Shown: positions 1 through 18,155 of the stretch, piece by piece
Layout: every line of letters begins with the position of its first letter
Numbering within the stretch: the first letter of the stretch is position 1
Source of the DNA: the human T2T-CHM13v2.0 reference genome, Homo sapiens
Strand: one strand, 5' to 3'
DNA: 64,000 bases
Assembly (NCBI RefSeq): GCF_009914755.1
Contig: NC_060926.1
Made by a program: the position numbers and the translations under genes
Notes under the pieces: model-generated
Told to the model about the DNA's origin: nothing
Database searches by the model: none
What the model saw: the letters and a program-made list of their open reading frames with translations, nothing else

Positions 1-795
1 TGTTCTTACTCTACAGCACTTAGCAGTAGTCCATCTATCCTCCTTGTTTGTTCTTTACAACAAAACCCCATTGGTTCTCTCTTACCAAGTTTGCTTTATT
101 CTTGGTTTATCCTTTGTAAGATGTGAAAGGGATATGAAGAGCAAATAGGAAGTGTTACTCTTGCTGCTTGAGAGAAAGCTGTTTTACAATTTGTTGGCAA
201 ACAATTTGTAAAAGTACAACAAAAGTGTGCATTTTTGGCTTCTTATTTATGTTTTATCATTGCTATATCTCATAATTTGTGATTTTTAAAATAACTTTTT
301 ATTTGAAAAGCACTACAGGGTCACGTCATGTTTTTAAAAAATAAATTAAGAAGGTAAACACCCGTACTTCTACTTTACCTCTAGTCCTAGTCTATGGTGG
401 TAATCAGTGTTAACAGTTTAGTTTGTGTTCTTACCCTTCCAGGGGTTTTTTTTCTCTATGTATACAGATATATGCATTTTTAAAAACATAGTTAACACTT
501 AAAAACAATATGGGATCGTATTAGGAATACAATCTGTATTCCTTCCCAACAGTATATACAGTTTTTTTCCATTTCACTATGTATCTATTTATAAATTTTT
601 TATTTCTAATAATTTCTCTTGAATAGGTGAGACATCATATAGTATAAAATTCAGTAGAAAATCAGTTTTTCAGAGGTACAAAATTGGCTGACTTTGCACA
701 GACTCCTTTCATTTCACAGGTAGGGATGCACAGCCACCTCTTCCACCGACGAGAGGAAAGGATATGTGTGCCTGTGGGCTCTTCAACTCTGTTGA

Positions 796-1628
<833 letters not shown>

Positions 1629-1961
1629 TCCTACTTTATTAAGATACCTAAGGGATTTCTGTGATTGTTAGGATTCAAATTTCTGTGAGCATAAGAATCA
1701 AGCTGTGTGCATAATAATTGCATGGGATTTCACAGCTGGGCCCCATTCCCAGGGATTTTGTATTATCTACCTCCAAGTGATTTTGATGCTGGTGATCCTT
1801 GGACCAGACTTGGTGAAGCTCAATGCTTAGCTAGGAAAGCCCCAAAAATTTGCTTTATTGGATTGTGTAATTTGACTACATCCATTGTTTCTTTTTTCAA
1901 ATGTAGAGTTATATGCCACAAAAATATTTTCCGTAGCAGTAGGCATCCTAATTAATCTCGA

Positions 1962-2119
1962 TGTTTGTTTATAGCCCCATTGATGGGGCTATAAACTTGG
2001 CAGCAAATTGTTTTCCCACTAATTTGGCATTTTCCATAAATGTTTGTTTATAGCCCCATTGATGGGGCTATAAACTTGGCAGCAAATTGTTTTCCCACTA
2101 ATTTGGCATTTTCCATAAA
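1962..2119. repeat. Perfect 2 x 79-bp tandem duplication
   Basis: 1962-2040 is identical to 2041-2119 (tgtttgtttatagcccc...ttttccataaa). Confidence 0.97.
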
Positions 2120-2216
2120 AAACACGTATCTGTTGTTAGCTGCCTAGACGTTAGCTGGACATGGTTTAGGTTACTTTTCTCTTAAAAAGTAAATTTTAAT
2201 TCAAGTTCCTTTAAGC

Positions 2217-2410
2217 CAGCAGTCTCAACCTGGGGCAGTTTTTCCCTCCAGGGGACATTCAGCAGTGTCTAGAGACATTTTTGGTTGTCATGCTGAGGAA
2301 GAGAGTGTATAGTGGGTAGAATCCAGGGATGCTGTTAAGCATGGAACAGCCCCTTACAACAAAAAATTATGTAGCCTAAAATGGCAGTGTTGCCAAGATT
2401 GAGAAATTAT
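2217..2410 (+). mobile_element. MER20 (hAT-Charlie) DNA transposon fossil
   Basis: caggggacattcagcagtgtctagagacatttttggttgtca and tagtgggtagaatccagggatgctgttaa match the MER20 consensus. Confidence 0.8.
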
Positions 2411-2554
2411 GCTTTAAATGTGTTTTTATATATGGCCATTTTGTGTTTACTCTGGAGATAACATGCTTTTCCTCATATAACATGCTTGATAAACATTTTG
2501 GTAACACAGGAATTGTAAATGCTGGTGATGTCAGTAAATAGTTAAGAAATTTAG

Positions 2555-2729
2555 GGCTGTGCGCGGTGGCTCACGCCTGTAATCCCAGCACTTTGGGAGG
2601 CCGAGGCGGGTGGATCCCGAGGTCAGGAGATCGAGACCATCCTGGCTAACATGGTGAAACCCCGTCTCTACTAAAAATACAAAAAAATGAGCCGGGTGTG
2701 GTGGCAGGCACCTGTAGTCCCAGCTACTC
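2555..2729 (+). mobile_element. 3'-truncated, tail-less Alu
   Basis: Intact 5' end ggctgtgcgcggtggctcacgcc. Stops at cccagctactc. Confidence 0.9.
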
Positions 2730-3106
2730 AATTTAGAAAGCAGATTTGTTTCCTTTCTATACCTGTGTAATTTGAGGTTTAGTTTACTGTCACATCGTTT
2801 ATAAACATAAGGAAGATCGTTGCTCATCTGATAGCATTCCGAACCTTGAGTCATCTGTAATGCCTATGGCCTCCAGAAAAGCTTCTCTAATACTGTACTT
2901 AGAGATGTGTAAAATATGTAGGAACATTTTCCCACCTTCGATTGTTAGTTTACCTTTCAGCTTCAGTAATTTACCTTTCAGCTATTACTTTAGTAACATC
3001 TTCAACATTGTTTTTCAAACTGCAAGGTGTGACCCAGTAGTGGGTCGTTAAATTAGTAGGTGACAGAGCATTTTTGAAGAATTAAATACAATAGAACATA
3101 GCAGAG

Positions 3107-3430
<324 letters not shown>

Positions 3431-3942
3431 AAATAGAGTGTATCACATAATTAGAGTAGCAAGTATTGATTTGTGAAACCTATTTTAATCATAGATCTAT
3501 GTATGTATGTGCTGGATTGTGATGTAAAGACATTTCTTGCTGTGGTTACACTGAAAAAAATGAAAAGTCACTGATTTCCAATAACTTACAGAAGCAGTAT
3601 GAACTACATATTCTGTCGTTCTTGAAACAAGCTGAGATTTTATTGACTTTGGGAAGCAGTAGAATTATTTTAGTTTTTTAATTAACAGTTTTTGGCTTTG
3701 TACTGTCAAGAGGTAATTTTAGAAAGCATTCTAAAAATGTAAGTACTGGATTTGGCAACATTCTTGAACTGTAATTCTGTTTCGTTAAACATCACTATTT
3801 ACATGTGCAACAGCGTGTCTGTAACAATGTCCCAGTAATGAAATTCTTTCTTCTATTTAAGGCATGTCTGTTTGATAAAAGTCAAACAAAATTGGGTATA
3901 TGTCAGTGTCTTATGATACTGCTTAATTAAACATTAATTTGA

Positions 3943-4666
<724 letters not shown>

Positions 4667-4764
4667 AGATTCAAGCTTTTTAAATGGAATTTTGAGCTGA
4701 TTTAGTTGAGACTTACGTGCTTAGTTGATAAATTTTAATTTTATACTAAAATATTTTACATTAA

Positions 4765-4992
<228 letters not shown>

Positions 4993-5084
4993 TGATTTTG
5001 TTTTTTTGTTTTCCTTCAACTCATACAATATATACTTGGCAATGTGCTGTCCTCATAAAGTTGGTGGTGGTGACTCACTCTTAG

Positions 5085-5387
<303 letters not shown>

Positions 5388-6716
5388 ATGTTCAGACTTC
5401 TAATAACAGGTTTGTATTGACTCTTAGCCTCATGGCAGAAGCCAAGAGACATGAGACAGCTTAGAAATTTTTGCTTTTTGGAAATGAATGTTAGAGTTAC
5501 TGGTTTGTGATTAAGGCCTATTGCACTGACAGAGGCAGTGAAAAAGGGTTTGATTGCCAAGGAAGATTCACAGGGCCTAGAATGGCAGTGGTTATGCATC
5601 TACAGTTTATTACAGGAGAAGGATACAATCCAGTAGCAGGATTATGGTAAGGATATGCATCACAGTCAAAGGCTGTCATAGCAAGTCATCCAGAGAGTTC
5701 GGGTGCAAGTTCCAGTTTTCCTTTGTTGTGTAAAGTCTGTGGTGGGGTGCATTTTCTCTCTCAGAGCAGGATGTGTGCACAGGACACCTTGGAACCTAGG
5801 AGCCCAAAATAGAGTCTTCACTGGACTTTTTAATATTTTTCTTGTCAAGCGGACATGTTCCTGTTCTCTAACTAGCCTCTTCAGTGGAGGTCAGAGGAAG
5901 AGCCTCATTGAGACCAAGTGCAACTCATCAATCACATGAAACAATGCTGATAAATAAACCACCTAAATATCCCCTGACCCACAAATACAAAACAACACCA
6001 TTCAATCAGTATTTTTCATGCCTTGATCAGGGGTCATTGCCATGCAGGAACTTTAACAAAACAGTACAGGCTAATAATAGAATTGTTGGAATTAACTCAC
6101 ACAGCACACCTATGAGAGAGAGTTAAGATAGAGGGTCTTGGTGGTCTCTAACAGTTGAATTCAAAGTGAAGTTACCAGAGTAAAGTGAGCAAAGACACAT
6201 ATTAGTACAATATTGGTAGATAAAATCACGTTGCTCTAATAAGCATAGTTTTAAACTTTAACCATGTTTCTCCAGTAATTTTAGTAATTATATTGTTGTT
6301 ATGTCTAATACATAAAGCATTTTTTACTTTTTTAAAAAATTTTTAGGCAATGTGGGGTCCAAAGTAATTAAAAAAAAATTTTTTTAACATAAAGCATCTT
6401 AAAATTTTACTTAATCATGATCACTTAGAACCATTAAAACATACGTTTTGATATTATGGGGAAGCTTCGTTGTTCCTTTGTAGACAGACTTAAAGAAATA
6501 CAACTTTATGATGACAAGATATAAGATAATTATAGATTTAAATTTTATAGAAACCTTTTCCCTTATCTAGTGCAAGAGGTAGCTAAGTGCTTATTTTCTC
6601 AAAGTACTGTGTTATAAAAAGTATTCCTAGTGTAGTCAAAGCTTCTCTTTAGACTGATAAAACTTAGAGCACCTGCATTTACTTCCAACAAAGCAGAATT
6701 AAAGAAAATGAGACTT

Positions 6717-7339
<623 letters not shown>

Positions 7340-7446
7340 TTAGTGTGGTGTAGGCAGCCATGTATCCCCCTTGTGCCTCTATTTCTCCATTCTGTGAATG
7401 AGTGTCTTCCACTGCTGTGCTTTTCTGATTCCGTAACCTTTGTTTG

Positions 7447-9614
7447 TTTGTTTGTTTGTTTGTTTGTTTGTTTTTTATTGATCATTCTTGGGTGTTTCTC
7501 GCAGAGGGGGATTTGGCAGGGTCACAGGACAATAGTGGAGGGAAGGTCAGCAGATAAACAAGTGAACAAAGGTCTCTGGTTTTCCTAGGCAGAGGACCCT
7601 GCGGCCTTCCGCAGTGTTTGTGTCCCTGGGTACTTGAGATTAGGGAGTGGTGATGACTCTTAATGAGCGTGCTGCCTTCAAGCATCTGTTTAACAAAGCA
7701 CATCTTGCACCACCCTTAATCCGTTCAACCCTGAGTGGACACAGCACATGTTTCAGAGAGCACAGGGTTGGGGGTAAGGTCACAGATCAACAGGATCCCA
7801 AGGCAGAATAATTTTTCGTAGTACAGAACAAAATGAAAAGTCTCCCACGTCTACCTCTTTCTACACAGACACGGCAACCATCCGATTTCTCAATCTTTTC
7901 CCCACCTTTCCCCCCTTTCTATTCCACAAAACCGCCATTGTCATCATGGCCCGTTCTCAATGAGCTGTTGAGTACACCTCCCAGACGGGGTGGTGGCCGG
8001 GCAGAGGGGCTCCTCACTACCCAGTAGGGGCGGCCGGGCAGAGGCGCCCCTCACCTCCCGGACGGGGCGGCTGGCCGGGCGGGGGGCTGACCCCCCCCCC
8101 CCCGCCTCCCTCCCGGACGGGGCGGCTGGCCAGGCGGGGGGCTGACCTCCCCGCCTCCCTCCCGGATGGGGTGGCTGGCCGGGTTGGGGGCTGACCCCCC
8201 GCACCTCCCTCCCGGATGGGGCGGCTGGCTGGGCAGAGGGGCTCCTCTCTTCCCAGTAGGGGCAGCCGGGCAGAGGCGCCCCTCACCTCCCGGATGGGGC
8301 GGCTGGCCGGGCGGGGGGCTGACCCCCCCACCTGCCTCCAGGACGGGGCGGCTGGCCGGGCAGAGCGGCTCCTCACTTCCCAGTAGGGGCGGCCAGGCAG
8401 AGGCGCCCCTCACCTCCCGGACGGGGCGGCTGGCCGGGCAGAGGGGCTCCTCTCTTCCCAGTAGGGGCGGCCGGGCAGAGGCGCCCCTCACCTCCCGGAT
8501 GGGGCGGCTGGCCGGGCGGGGGGCTGACCCCCCCACATCCTTCCCGGACGGGGCGGCTGGCCGGGCAGAGGGTCTCCTCACTTCCCAGTAGGGGCGGCCG
8601 GGCAGAGGCGCCCCTCACCTCCCGGACGGGGCAGCTGGCCGGGCGGGGTGCTGACCCCCCCACCTCTCTCCTGGCTGGGCGGCTGGCTGGGCGGGGGGAT
8701 GACCCCCCCATCTCCCTCCTGGATGGGGCGGCTGGCCGGGCGGGGGGCTAACCCCCCCACCTCCCTTCCGGACGGGGTGGCTGCCGGGCGCAGACGCTCC
8801 TCACTTCCCAGACGGAGTGGCTGCCGGGCGGAGGGGCTCCTCACTTCTCAGACGGTGTGGCTGCCGGGCGGAGGGGCTCCTCACTTCTCAGACGGGGCGG
8901 TTGCCAGGCAGAGGGTCTCCTCACTTCTCAGACGGGGCGGCCGGGCAGAGACGCTCCTCACATCCCAGACGGGGCGGCAGGGCAGAGGCGCTCCCCACAT
9001 CTCAGACGATGGGCGGCCTGGTAGAGACGCTCCTCACTTCCTAGATGGGATGGCGGCCGGGCAGAGACGCTCCTCACTTTCCAGACTGGGCAGCCAGGCA
9101 GAGAGGCTCCTCACATCCCGGACGATGGGCGGCCAGGCAGAGATGCTCCTCACTTCCCAGACGGGGTGGCGGCCGGGCAGAGGCTGCAATCTCGGCACTT
9201 TGCGGGGCCAAGGCAGGCAGCTGGGAGGTGGAGGTTGTAGCGAACTGAGATCACGCCACTGCACCCCAGCCTGGGCACCATTGAGCACTGAGTGAACGCG
9301 ACTCCGTCTGACATCCCGGCACCTCGGGAGGCCGAGGCTGGCGGATCACTCGCGGTTAGGAGCTGGAGACCAGCCCGGCCAACACAGCGAAACCCCGTCT
9401 CCACCAAAAAAATACCAAAACCAGTCAGGCGTGGCGGCGCGCACCTGCAATCGCAGGCACTCGGCAGGCTGAGGCAGGAGAATCAGGCAGGGAGGTTGTA
9501 GTGAGCCGAGATGGCAGCAGTACAGTCCAGCTTTGGCTCGGCATCAGGGGGAGACCATGGAAAGAGAGGGAGAGGGAGACCGTGGGGAGAGGGAGAGGAG
9601 GGAGAGGGAGAGGG
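7447..9614 (-). mobile_element. Full-length SVA retrotransposon (young, D-F type), antisense in MSH2 intron 7
   Basis: Read on the minus strand: CCCTCT hexamers (about 9563-9614), Alu-like domain (about 9180-9560), GC-rich VNTR (about 7975-9180), SINE-R (about 7480-7975), AATAAA and an (AAAC)n tail. TSD aaccttttgtttt (9615-9627) versus aacctttgttt (7435-7445). Confidence 0.95.
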
Positions 9615-10171
9615 AACCTTTTGTTTTATTCCAGTAGGACCAGCTAGAAACAGAAGGTGATTGACCAGTATTAGGGATGGAATCAGGGTACAATTATGGA
9701 GACAGGCTATCTAAACAATTCACTCTCACCATTTAAATCAGCTGTTTGATCATTTTTTTTCCATATATCTTTACCATCGCATAGTAAATAATATCCTTTT
9801 TATTTTCAAGAGGGAGTATTGGCCTTAAGTTAGGAACTCTCTTAATTTTTTTCCCCCATCATCCCACCCGCACTTCTTACTCCTTACTTCCTACTTGCTT
9901 TTATTCTTTACTGGCTCTTTACCACTGCGTATTTTTAGGTGCATACATCTATTTTTTAAAAAAGCACCCTTGTTCCTGGGTCCTCTTCCAGTACCATCTA
10001 TTAATATATCTCTCTCCCTCTTTCCACTCCCAGCTGGGTTTCTGAAAGCGTGCACTTCCCATCTTCCATTCATTCATCTGGTTTCCAGCCCTGACCACAG
10101 TACTGAAATGGCATTTGCTAGGTGACCTTTATTTTTTTTTAAATCCAGTGAATGCGGTATAGTCCCCCCGC

Positions 10172-11629
<1,458 letters not shown>

Positions 11630-12463
11630 GGAATTTGTAACTTTCATCAGATATCCCAAGGGATATATGTCTTTCCTGGTAGAGAGGGAAGAAACAAAAA
11701 ACGTGTGTAAATACCCTCCTCTCCCCCAGAAGGTAAGAAGTACTGCTCTGCACATTCCTTGGGTGATCTTTCTCACTCCCTGGGATAATTAAGGAAGTTA
11801 GGGATTGGGGTTGAGGGTAACTTGGCATCCTTCCCCAACCTCCCTGTATAGGCACAGTCTAATATACTTGATGACAGTTTGCAACAAGTCAACAATTTCC
11901 TACTTTTCTGGTGTTAGGTTTAAGTTATATAGACCTATGGTGATCATAACATTATCTAAATCAGATGCTTCACATTATAGGTCTTGCAGCTGATGTCCAG
12001 TTTAGGTGTTTGAAGTGGCTTAGCCTGGAAAATGTTACAGGGGAAAATCTGCTTTCCATGTGTTATGCTCAGAGCTGTGTTCTTTTCTTTTACACAATAT
12101 GTTTGACATTTGTTGAATTTTAGGTGTACCCTGGTCATTAGGAACTCCCTAAAGGATCTCTGTGAGGTTTTAAAAAAACAAAACAAAACAAAAAAACAGT
12201 GGCATTTTGCAGAACTCAGTATAGCTCTTTACCATACTGACTGCAAGGAGAAAGTAAAAAGTGAGACTAATTTTGCAATTAGTCTCCCAAGTTTCTTTAC
12301 AAGAAAATAGACCAAAGGTACTATGTTTAAAAGCAAAATCATGGCTTAAAAGTTTTTCTTTTTCTTAATATATTAATATATTGCTATAAATTGAGTATTG
12401 CTCTCTTGCTATCTTGTGTTTTTTTGGTTTTTGATTAACTCTAAGCTTAATGTTATTCCTGAC

Positions 12464-12466
12464 AAA

Positions 12467-12497
<31 letters not shown>

Positions 12498-12498
12498 A
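12464..12498. repeat. (AAAT)n tetranucleotide microsatellite
   Basis: About 8 perfect units. Confidence 0.9.
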
Positions 12499-12742
12499 GT
12501 GAATTCAGAGAGACAGTAGAGGGCAGCAGCCGTTTAGAAAGTAGATTCACATTGAGTGATTACGGCTCTTTTAAATCTTTCTCCACTAAGAGATAGCTAA
12601 TTTCCGAAAAGGTATACTTGGCCTCCCATATTCCTTATGTCTCTTAAAACTAAAAAAGCTGGGACAAAACTTAAAATAACAGTATTCTACGGTTAGGGCA
12701 AATTTCTGATACTGCTTAAAACAATTTACCGAGGTATCTTTA

Positions 12743-13018
12743 TTTTTTTTTGAGACAGGGTTTCACTCTGTCACCCAGGCTGGAGTGCTGGAGCCTTGAC
12801 CTCCTGGGCTCAGCTCAAGTGTTCCTCTCACCTCAGTCTGCCAAGTAGCTGGGACTACAGGCATGCACCATCATTCCCAACTAATTTTTTAAAATTTTTT
12901 GTAGAGATGGGGGTTTCATCATGTTGCCAGGCTGGTCTCGAACTCTTGGGCTCAAGCAATCTGCCCACCTCGTCCTCCCGAAGTACAGGGTTATAGGCAT
13001 GAGCCACCACTCCCAGCC
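12743..13018 (-). mobile_element. Antisense Alu (J-like)
   Basis: Diverged Alu with ctgggctcaagcaatc motif. Confidence 0.8.
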
Positions 13019-13907
13019 TCAGATTTTTTTATTGATGAATTTTATTATAACAGCTACAATACTGAGATGCATAACCCTTCCCTTTCCTGATACCCAGTTA
13101 TCATCTGTTTCTGTTTAATACACTCCTTAAGTACCTCACATTTGCTATTCCCCTGCCCCCCATGGTCTATGCATCTTCTTCATTGAAGTGGTAGTAGTCT
13201 TTGTTAGCTCATCTGGTCATGTCATCAATTCAGAGCACATTACCTCTTTAGTTCAGAACACATTAATTGCTTCCCATAATCTTCAGGACACGGCCCCATT
13301 TCTTCACGTGGCTTGGCCATTGCTTCCCTGTTCAGCTTCCCCCACACTCCCTCACCTACACCTTCTGTCTCAGTATAGTACTGCTAGTCTCCAGACATGC
13401 CATGCCTTTTTATGCTTCTATGCGTGTTTTCCTGTCTTTAATGTCCTTGTCCATGTGATGAACCCCTACTCATTTTTCCAAGATTGAACTCAAATGTCAC
13501 CTTTTCTGTGAGCTTCTCTGCTCTTCTCATGCAGAGTAGAAGTGTTTATCTCCATTGCCCTTGACCCTAAATAACAGTACATTAGTATAATAATCACATT
13601 TTTTACCTGTTTGTGTGCTTTCCTTCTAAATGGAGAATAAGAATATAAAAGTGATTTATTTGGCATTTCTGCAAAGGGAGATGATAAAAAGAATCTGCGT
13701 TACTTAGCCTTTTTAAAAAACCCTTAGCCTATGAAGGCTACTATTTAAGGTTTGGTTGGATTTTGTATGTTGGAAATATGTTCTTTAAATCTCATCTTCA
13801 TCAGTTTATAAAAGCAATATAAGTTCTTTGTAGATCATTATCATGCCATCCAGATGTAGTCATTATTGTTTTGATATAGGTTGTTTCAGTCTTTAAACCA
13901 AATTATA

Positions 13908-15135
<1,228 letters not shown>

Positions 15136-15224
15136 ATTCAAAAGTCTAATAGAAAATATTGATAGGGTGATAATGTATATAGTACTAATTGTCAGTTGCC
15201 ATAATTTAACTAATATTGTTTTAC

Positions 15225-17051
<1,827 letters not shown>

Positions 17052-18155
17052 AATCCATTCCTTTTTATGGCTGAGTAGTATTCCATTGTGTGTGTGTGTA
17101 TATATACATATATATACACACATATACATATATATACACGTATATATGTATGTATGCGTATATATGTATGTGTGTGTGTATATATACACATATACATATA
17201 TATACACCTATATATGTGGTATGTGTATATATATGTGGTATGTATATATATGTGGTATATATATGTGGTATGTGTATATATATATGTGGTATGTGTATAT
17301 ATATATGTATATATGTGTGTATATATGTGGTATGTATATATATATGTATATATGTGGTATGTATATATGTATATATGTGTGTCTGCATATATGTATATGT
17401 GTGTATATATACACGTATATGTGTATATATATACGTATATATGTGTATATATACATATATACGTATATATATACACACACACATATATATACACATATGC
17501 AGGCACACATATATATACATATATATATATACATACCACAGTTTCTTTATCCACTTGTTGATTCATGGGCATTTGGGTTGGTTCCACGTTTTTGCAATTG
17601 TGAATTGTGCTGCTATAAACATCCGTGTGCAAGTATCTTTTTTGTATAATGATATCTTTTCCCCTGGGTAGATACCCAGTAGTGGGATTGCTGGATCAAC
17701 TGGTAGTTCTACTTTTAAGGAATCTCCACACTGTTTTCCTTAGTGGTTATACTGGTTTACATTCCCACCAGAAGTGTAGAAGTGTTCCCTGTTCACTGCA
17801 TCCACACCAACATCTATTTTTGATTTTTTGATTATGGCCATTCTTGCAGGAGTAAGGTGGTATCGCATTGTGGTTTTGATTTACATTTCCCTGATCATTA
17901 GTGATGTTGAGCATTTTTTTATGTTTGTTTGCCATTTGTATATCTTCTTGAGAATTGTCTATTCATGTCCTTAGCCCATTTTTTGATAGGATTGTTTGTT
18001 TTTTTTCTTGCTAGTTTGTTTGAGCTTGTTGTAGATTCTGGTTATTAGTCCTTTGTCAGATTTATAGATTGTGAAGATTTTTTTCCCACTCTGTGGGTTG
18101 TCTGTTTTTGTCTGTTTCCTTCTGCTGACTGTTCCTTTTGCCATGCAAAAGCTCT
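17052..18155 (-). mobile_element. L1PB-type fragment containing an expanded TA-rich repeat
   Basis: ttttatggctgagtagtattccatt, tttgcaattgtgaattgtgctgctataaacat and degraded ORF2 C-terminal peptides on the minus strand. Confidence 0.8.
17087..17535. repeat. Compound (TA)/(TG)/(CA) microsatellite, about 450 bp
   Basis: Almost uninterrupted alternating purine-pyrimidine tract with a repeated tatatatgtggtatg subunit. Confidence 0.97.

Noticed and set aside
1962-2119. Palindromic direct repeats resembling a CRISPR array
   Set aside because: Only two copies, the intervening sequence is identical rather than unique spacers, there are no cas genes, and the context is a human intron.
5490-5830. Possible MER21/MER77-like LTR remnant (gtttattacaggagaaggataca)
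   Set aside because: Too diverged to set boundaries or family by eye, so not listed as a feature.
7833-9501. Many overlapping Pro/Gly/Arg-rich ORFs of 65-215 aa
   Set aside because: Stop-poor GC-rich SVA VNTR read in several frames on both strands. Not a gene.
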